A stretch of 63,709 bases of DNA, counting the filler, from Lenisia limosa (lineage: Eukaryota > Protista > Breviatea): NCBI GenBank assembly GCA_001655205.1. It is 13 parts of 13 records of this genome, joined end to end, with 100 filler letters (N's around TTAATTAATTAA, not from the genome) between each part and the next. Parts side by side here need not be neighbours in the genome. Positions count along the whole stretch, not along the records: positions 54,817 to 56,576 come from LPNZ01009475.1; positions 56,677 to 58,281 come from LPNZ01007373.1; positions 58,382 to 62,425 come from LPNZ01001865.1; positions 62,526 to 63,709 come from LPNZ01001481.1; 9 more parts are not named here. One strand, written 5' to 3'. The translations under genes were made by a program, and so were the position numbers. Positions 55,685 to 63,709 of the stretch are shown piece by piece; the stretch's first letter is position 1, and each line of letters opens with the position of its first letter. The notes beneath the pieces are model-generated. The model was not told the DNA's origin, did not search any database, and saw only the letters and a list, made by a program, of their open reading frames with translations.

Positions 55685-56757
55685 TTGGTATGGGGTCCAT
55701 TATTGACAATTTATGTCTCTACATGGGTGCACAATACAGATTTCTTTATATTTCAAACAGATTCTATGTCTACTAACATGAATGAATGAAGTCCGCTTCC
55801 CCCAGAAAGTCGGAATTGTTGTACCCCCCCCCCCATCCTCTTNNNNNNNNNNNNNNNNNNNNNNNNNNNNNNNNNNNNNNNNNNNNNNNNNNNNNNNNNN
55901 NNNNNNNNNNNNNNNNNNNNNNNNNNNNNNNNNNNNNNNNNNNNNNNNNNNNNNNNNNNNNNNNNNNNNNNNNNNNNNNNNNNNNNNNNNNNNNNNNNNN
56001 NNNNNNNNNNNNNNNNNNNNNNNNNNNNNNNNNNNNNNNNNNNNNNNNNNNNNNNNNNNNNNNNNNNNNNNNNNNNNNNNNNNNNNNNNTGAATGTGGTG
56101 CAAAAGTGCTCTTTCTCCTCAAACTTCCATATTTACTTTGAAAACTGAACCATTTTCACAGGCCTGTAGTGAGCCGTTACAACTTGTTTTCCTTAAAAAT
56201 CTCCCCCCATAACAGACCTGTCAAACTCATTTTCACTGGATCCTCATACAAAACCCTATGTCATAGGGTAAATTATCTCATACAATGATACTCATTTTCA
56301 CAATCATATTTGCATATGACCCACTCACAGCCAACCTTTGACAATCATATTCATACCAACCACGTGAAACTCATTACCACAGGGTCGCGCCCCTCATAAC
56401 TAATGTACTCATATTCTCAATAAACACCCTTGATCTTCAGATATTCATAACCTGTGTTACCCATTTTCACAAAATCCACCAATAACAAGGGTCAACTGAT
56501 AATACGTGAAGCTCATTTCCACAGGGTCGCGACCCTCAAACTTTAACGTCGACTGCACTCTGACCGGGCTGGATTGNNNNNNNNNNNNNNNNNNNNNNNN
56601 NNNNNNNNNNNNNNNNNNNNTTAATTAATTAANNNNNNNNNNNNNNNNNNNNNNNNNNNNNNNNNNNNNNNNNNNNGGGGGAGGTGAAACCAAGTTTTCG
56701 TATCATGTTGATAGTTACTGAACACCGACACCGTGAACGGCGAGGAATTACGCTATC

Positions 56758-58281
56758 TTAAGCTGTTTTACCCACCAATAGAACTGCCAAGACAGTGACA
56801 ATTACAAGGACACCCGCGGGAATGACAACAGCGGTAATGGACAGCTTGTCTTCTCCCGCAGTTTCCAGTAGAACCATGTCATCAACTAGGGGGGGGGGGG
56901 NNNNNNNNNNNNNNNNNNNNNNNNNNNNNNNNNNNNNNNNNNNNNNNNNNNNNNNNNNNNNNNNNNNNNNNNNNNNNNNNNNNNNNNNNNNNNNNNNNNN
57001 NNNNNNNNNNNNNNNNNNNNNNNNNNNNNNNNNNNNNNNNNNNNNNNNNNNNNNNNNNNGGCAAAACAGTTGAAATGGGAATATGGGTAAAGGAATCTTT
57101 GTAATCTAGAATAAAGACTGAGAAAAGAGCCAAACAGTCAATTGGCGAGTCTTGATATTAGTTTCCTTGGAAAAACATGATCAACATATTTAGAGAAAAA
57201 ACACATAGCAAAGGAGCCCCCCCCCCCAAACCTCCAGTAGTAGTGGTCGAGGCAATGATTGTGTCATAACCGTTCTTCTTAGTAACGATTTCAATAGAGA
57301 CAGGCTGTGTGTTGTTTTGAGCGCCACTCGCCTGCAGTGTAAAATGACGGAAACTTAGACTTCACTTCGGGTGGCAAAAGACTAAAATCCAATGTCAATA
57401 TGGTATCGGACTGTTTGAGCACAAAAACAAAATTCAAAAGCAAAAAGAAAAACCAAAAGTTCCAAACTGGGTTTACCATAAAATTTTGTTCGCTTATTAA
57501 TTCTTGCCAAAGTGCTGATGTGATGGCAATTATGTTTAAAATGTTGAAGTATCGTAAGTAGAGTATTCTATGCTAAATCCCATCATACTGATATTCCAGT
57601 GAAGACTATATTCAGTTCATGGGGGACTGTGCNNNNNNNNNNNNNNNNNNNNNNNNNNNNNNNNNNNNNNNNNNNNNNNNNNNNNNNNNNNNNNNNNNNN
57701 NNNNNNNNNNNNNNNNNNNNNNNNNCAAAAACCTCCCCCACCCCCAGATTCTGTTAAGTACATTCATTTATCCCCTCTCCCACCACGAGCCACTTGGTCG
57801 GTTACTACTGATGCCGTTGAAGGGAAGATCTTAACAACCGAAAACGTACTCACAGAGAGGCCTGGGTTTTCGACTTTGATCTCTAAAATGGTGTAAAAAT
57901 GAAAATTATCTGAAAGACATAATAAAAAAAAGGGTTCTTTGCAACAAGAAAAACAAATCAATTTTGAAATCCATTTACTTAGAATAAAGCTGTCAGGGAA
58001 GCCCAGGGACGGGACTATGAGAGAAAACGGATTTACTTCAGGACCTACTGAGAGGGAGGGGGGTAAGCCAAAGAAAATTTTGCCTAAACAAAACAAAACG
58101 GTGATTGATGTAAAAGTTTTTTTGCCCTACCTTCCAAACCTTCTATATAGGTCTCCTTATCCACTTCAATAAGCTGGACGTTTCTCAACTCCTGCGGCTG
58201 AAGAGACTCAATGGCAATGTTGGACCTGCAGGAAAGTGTAACTTTAACAATGGCGTATGATGGTTTGACGTTCTCAAGGCT
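56758..58281 (-). CDS. C-terminal part of a single-pass membrane/surface protein
   Basis: Beta-rich exons (NVQLIEVDKETYIE; EIKVENPGLSVSTFSVVKIFP; QPVSIEIVTKKNGYDTIIAS), then a terminal hydrophobic helix ITAVVIPAGVLVIVTVLAVLLVGKTA*. Confidence 0.6.
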
Positions 58282-60319
58282 NNNNNNNNNNNNNNNNNNN
58301 NNNNNNNNNNNNNNNNNNNNNNNNNTTAATTAATTAANNNNNNNNNNNNNNNNNNNNNNNNNNNNNNNNNNNNNNNNNNNNGGGGGGGGGTTAGCGATAC
58401 ACCTCCTCCTGTCCATCAGCACCCCCAGGTTTGCTTTGTTTTAATATTGGTTAACCTCAGTTCAATCACAATCATTTCAATCATATTCAATCTTTTTTGT
58501 TTTTGTTTCAGAAATGGTCTATTTTTACTCCCCCTCAACCCTTGTGTATTGAGTTGATTTGGGTTTTTTTTATTATTATTATTGTTTCCTAAATTGTCCA
58601 ATTTTACCCCCCCCCCCCCACTCTTTTCACTCCGACAGAGGTCAACACCATCCAACTTCCTGACATGCGATGAAACCCCGCAGCATCGCCTCAGTAAAAG
58701 AGTGGGTGGGACCTTCAATACACTGCCATACTCCCTCTCCCAATACCCGCTAAATATTTTATACGATTTGTCATTGATTATTATCAAACCAATAGAGGAT
58801 GTTTCCATATTTCTTGAGGATTTTAGAGATAGTAAGAATTTATCGAGGGGATTTGCCAGTAATTAACCAATAGGATCATCACAGAAAACAAGATCATCAC
58901 AAAAAACCAATAATAATTGATTACCACTACAATATAACATTACTTCATTAACCAACAATAGATTATCACTCATTAACAATTTATACTATGTGGATGTCCA
59001 AAACTTGTTTTGGAATAGGACTATAATTGCTATTGATTTATTTTTTGGAAATTATTCATCACTAATTAACAATTTATACTATCACAAACTAACCAACAGA
59101 TTATCACGCCATCATACGAGCGCGCCAAGCCCACACCAATGGACACATACAACAACGCCCAGTTCTCCTCCCATATCGCACGGTAGTCTACTTATTTAAT
59201 GTTTCTCAATAGAGTTTTATCTTCACTGGGGGAGTCATATTTATCTTAGGAGAGGGGGGTTCAGTATGAATTATGTAGCTGAGAAAAAAAAGAGTTTATC
59301 TGGCCGAAGCAGTCCACACCATCACGCTCATGAAATATGAGATAGAATAATATTTAGTTACACACTTTTCTTCAAGTGATGAGATGTCCAACTTATACAA
59401 ATCCTGCAGAATAGGTTTTCTTTGGACTCTTGCTTTCTTGGGTTTTTTTTGTTGTTTTTGACAAGCGATTGTTCCTGGAATTATTGTGTATAAGAAGATT
59501 TATTCATGAGTTCACTAGTATACCAAAGTGCACCCCTACATATCCATGTAGTTTAACTCACATTCTTGATATACCATAACTTCAATCACATCATCACAGT
59601 TAAAAAAATTTTCATGAGGATATTTGTGAGTATTTTCCCACCCACACTGTCCACTGCTTTGTGACATCGGCTCTATTCGAGAGGAGGTACTGAACCATAT
59701 CAATGTGGACGTTGTAACTTGCACTATACAGCGGGGTTGTGCACTAATGAGGTGAATGGGTACCAAAACACGCTGTATTCATGACGTTGTTGATATCTGC
59801 TCCATTCGATACAAGGCACTGAACCACTTCAACCTCTAATAACATATGCATATATAAAGCGACGGGTACCAGGGTGTCGTGGCGCATCAACGTTCAGGGG
59901 CATGAGTCTCTGCGCCGCTAAAGAAACTCTAAAGAATGTTTGACTTTTCTAAAAAGGGCACAGGCACAAGCTTGGAATTTGGAAATTTGGTAACACAGCG
60001 CTTATATTTTCCGTTTCTCTTTAGTAGTAAATGTATTATGGCAATTATGGTGAGACAGTTTGCAGAGACCAAGCAGAGAAACCATTTGTTCGTCAGCAAC
60101 AAAGACGAAGGTTGATTTAGCATATTAGACCTAGGAGGAATTAGATATCATATGTATACATGCTCACTCACACACCAAACACACACTCTTTTTTATTACA
60201 AATTTATTTTTTTGTGTTCCCCCGCTTGGTTTGAAGAAAAAACTACATAAAAAAAATACAGCAATTCGAAACAATACTAGAGAAACAGTCCATACACGAC
60301 CCTCAAAAATAAAACCCCT

Positions 60320-62425
60320 CTACTCCATCGAAAGTCCGGCTTTTCTTTCGCTTCGTCGGAGTACCTCCTCTGCCTCTCGCCTGCGGTGGTCATTTTATTA
60401 GTGATCTGAAGAAGAAGAAGAAGAAGAAGAAGAAGATGATGATGATGATGGGGGTGGTGTGATGATGATAGTGATGTTGATAATGATGATGATGAGGATG
60501 ATGGTTAATGATGATGGTGATGGTGGTGGTGGTGATTGATGATAGAAAAGAATATTAAAGCTCAGGTTCCCTTTGTATTTATTTGTTTCCCTAAATATTT
60601 ACTGTTTATTTTTTTTCCTGCCCATTGCCTGGAATGCATACTGCCCAACTTACGACAATTCGAAGTCTGCCGCCCTCTTCAACACTCCCTCGATTTCTAA
60701 GGAGATGAAACAATGGGAAATAAGAAGTTTTGGCAGATTTAACCGAAAAAAAAAACAAAACTAGAGTAGACAGCCCCAACTACGGTCAAAACGACAAGGA
60801 AAATATCGATATGATATGCATCGAGATTTTATCAAGGAATTCATTCTTATTCGGATGGATAAAATGGAAGAGAGAGGGTACAATATGAGGATATGGCAAC
60901 GAATTGAGTAGTATGATAGCGTATTGAAGTGCCCACTTTTTTACTGAGGCGAAAACGGGAGGCGATTATCGAGGATTTATCGAGGAATTCATTTTTATTC
61001 GGATGGAAGTGAGGTGTGAATCACTATTGTTATATGATATGATATAATATAGCAATAAGCAATAAAAAAAAGGGTGTATCTGGCCGAAGCCGTCCCCCAC
61101 ACCATCACGCTTATCAGAGATATTGGATTATAAAATATAATATTAATTCACCAAATATAATTCTGCGTACACAGCTTTCTATGTGCCTCCCAGTAAACGG
61201 TCTTTTTTGGACCATAGGTAAGCCCTAATTATAACATTGCTTCAAATATTCAAATAACGGTCCAAAAACGGAAGGAAGAGCCTCCAACCATTCTCGTCAT
61301 TATAAGAAGCAGGTAGCCGATTGAACGACGATTGAGGCTCCGGAAGGGTCTCTAATCGGTCAACTGCCGCATCAAATGCAGCCTCGTCGTCGTCATCAAA
61401 ATCAAAATCTTCATCGTAGTTGTCTTCTTCTTCAACCTTCTTCTCTTCCTTTTTCTCCTCCTCATCTCCAAAATCAAAATCGTCATCATAGTTATCTTCT
61501 TCTTCAACCTTCTTCTCTTCGTTCTTCTCTTCATCTCCAAAATCAAAATCATCATCATAGTTTTCTTCTTCTTCCTTCTTTTCTTCCTTCTTCTCCTCTT
61601 CATCTCCAAAATCAAAATCATCATCATAATTATCTTCTTCTTCCTTTTCTCCCTTCTTTTCTTCCTTCTTCTCCTCTTCATCTCCAAAATCAAAATCATC
61701 ATCATAATTATCTTCTTCTTCTTCCTTTTCTCCCTTCTTCTCCTCTTCATCTCCAAAATCAAAATCATCATCATAATTATCTTCTTCTTCAACCTTCTTT
61801 TCTTCCTTCTTCTCTTCATCTCCAAAATCAAAATCATCATCATAATTATCTTCTTCATCTTCCTTCTTTTCTTCCTTCTTCTCCTTTTCATCTCCAAAAT
61901 CAAAATCATCATCATAGGTATCATCACCCCCCTGCTGCACCAAAACAGGTTTAGCCTCTACTCCAGCCGCACCCAACTTCAGATCCAGATCCCCATCGTC
62001 ATCATCGAAATCAAAACAATCCTCCTCCTGCTCCTCCGGAGCCTCGGGGGGATTTTCAACTCGACAAGGCGCGGACGCAAACTTGGCGCTCAAATCCTCT
62101 CCGTCATCAAAGTCAAAACAGTCATCCATATCGTCTTCTTCCTGACGATCAACAGCTTGGCGCGAGGCGACTGCACTAAACTTTGCGTCAAGGTCTGCAT
62201 CATCGAACCCGTCTAGATCGCTCAGATCGTCGAGCTCGGTCTTCTCCACGGCCTTCTTCACAGGCCGGACCAGACGTTTCGGAACCATCATGCTCGGATT
62301 CGGAACAATGAGGCTCGGGGCCGACGGAGCTGTGTGCGTTGCCGACGGGAAGGCTATGGTGGAGGCTGAGAAGGATGGCGGCGCGGGCGTAACGGTTCCA
62401 GTGAGAAGGGAGGTCAGGAGGCCTG
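60320..62425 (-). CDS. Acidic tandem-repeat protein (YDDDFDFGDE repeats); 5' end lost at the scaffold end
   Basis: A large exon is open from 62425 to a donor at about 61290, and two further exons splice in frame: EIEGVLKRAADFELS / REAEEVLRRSERKAGLSME*. Confidence 0.8.
60410..60545. repeat. Compound (GAA)n(GAT)n(GGT)n microsatellite, intronic
   Basis: Directly visible; on the minus strand its (TTC)n part forms the pyrimidine tract before the last acceptor of the acidic-repeat gene. Confidence 0.9.
60773..61225. mobile_element. Cluster of degenerate MITE-1 copies (about 60773-60865, 60930-61018, 61185-61225) plus one family-2 element, in one intron
   Basis: Shared cores aaatatcgat, gatttatcgaggaattca and ggtcttttttggaccataggtaagcccta. 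Confidence 0.6.
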
Positions 62426-63129
62426 NNNNNNNNNNNNNNNNNNNNNNNNNNNNNNNNNNNNNNNNNNNNTTAATTAATTAANNNNNNNNNNNNNNNNNNN
62501 NNNNNNNNNNNNNNNNNNNNNNNNNGGGGGGGGGGGGTAATCCATGGTTTGGAAGGATTGGTGGTTGGGGTAATCCATGGTTTGGAAGGATTGGTGGTGG
62601 GGGTAATAAGTTAGATGTTGTGAGAGGGTGACGACAGCCCATTATTCTTGAGCAATCTTTATAATTGATTAATTATTACTATACTATATTTAACTGATTT
62701 TTAAAAAATTTTCGTTTCTCAGCTCCCATTTGTTATCAATTCAATACAGAGATCTAAGAGCAGACTTTTTTCCCCGTTGGCACTAACCAACAACACCATA
62801 TATATTCTTCAGGAGGGCAGCCATATCATATCACTTTTTAGATCATTTTCACATATATATATATGATTCATTTTCAACGCAGTGATATGATACCTGATAA
62901 TTGACCGACAAGTCTCAGTGGTACTCTGGTACACTCGGGATGAACCATCGGGTTATTTTCGTTCATCAGCATTTTGACTTGAAAGTCGGTCATATGATCA
63001 TCAATATGGGTTAACATCTCTTTATTCTTCAGGAGAGATTCTGTCATTTCGCCACCATTCGAGTTTTGGACGGAACTTTGTCACCCCCACTACTTACGAG
63101 GATCTGTTAAATGTTAGGGGGGTCATCTC

Positions 63130-63500
63130 TATTTTCCCAAATCCCCTATCCATCATATCCATCTTATCTTATCCATCTTATCTTATCCATCTTATCTTAT
63201 CCATCATATCCATCTTATCTTATCCATCTTATTTATCTTATCCATCTTATCTTATCCATCTTATCTTATCCATCTTATCTTATCTATCTTATCTTATCCA
63301 TCTTATTTATCTTATCCATCTTATCTTATCCATCTTATCTTATCCATCTTATTTATCTTATCCATCTTATCTTATCCATCTTATTTATCTTATCCATCTT
63401 ATCTTATCCATCTTATTTATCTTATCCATCTTATTTATCTTATCCATCTTATTTATCTTATCCATCTTATTTATCTTATCCATCTTATCTTATCCACCTT
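63130..63500. repeat. Satellite built from ATCTT/ATCC/ATTT units
   Basis: About 370 bp of tatccatcttatct variants. Confidence 0.95.
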
Positions 63501-63709
63501 CTCTGTATTTAGTAGTTCTCCGTGTAATTAATTTGTTGATAATTGACAAATTATGAGATTAATATGTCTGAAAATAGGAATATGTCCCACTTCAAATTTT
63601 GAAATTAATTGCACGAAGCCCTATTGTTTAGTCTGAAATCATTACTCATCATCAAAAATTGTATTTTGCACCCCCACCCCCAGACCTTCACCTCCAACCA
63701 CCCCCAGAC

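Noticed and set aside
61352-61954. Alternative-frame ORFs (MMILILEMKRRR; QNQNHHH repeats)
   Set aside because: By-products of the stop-free tandem repeat in the acidic protein.
63111-63512. 133-aa ORF of SYL/ILS repeats
   Set aside because: Translation of the ATCTT satellite.

Overview
This is eukaryotic, AT-rich, intron-dense genomic DNA in the standard genetic code, from a flagellated organism (axonemal dynein, CFAP57, SAM-kinesin-13), probably a protist; the taxon cannot be assigned from sequence alone. The window is not contiguous: about 13 scaffolds are joined by artificial N-TTAATTAATTAA-N linkers, so adjacency across a linker means nothing. The supplied ORF track misses most genes because exons are short, so I built the gene models by manual splicing and their boundaries are approximate. 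Recognisable genes: dynein heavy chain C-terminus, IMPACT, a WD40 protein, a Borealin-like protein, SNIP1, an asteroid/XPG-like PIN protein, a FAMeT-BTB-BTB-BACK protein, an ankyrin plus RS protein, CFAP57, an RNF126-like E3 ligase, a SAM-kinesin-13, tRNA-Val(UAC) and an acidic DFDFGD-repeat protein. The most interesting signals are non-coding or mobile: (1) introns with G-runs at the donor and complementary C-runs at the acceptor; (2) a short repeat whose end forms splice acceptors; (3) a Harbinger/Tourist-like MITE family; (4) a TIR-bounded pogo-like transposon relic whose transposase remnant has spliceosomal introns; (5) a dispersed UUCG-hairpin plus T-run element.
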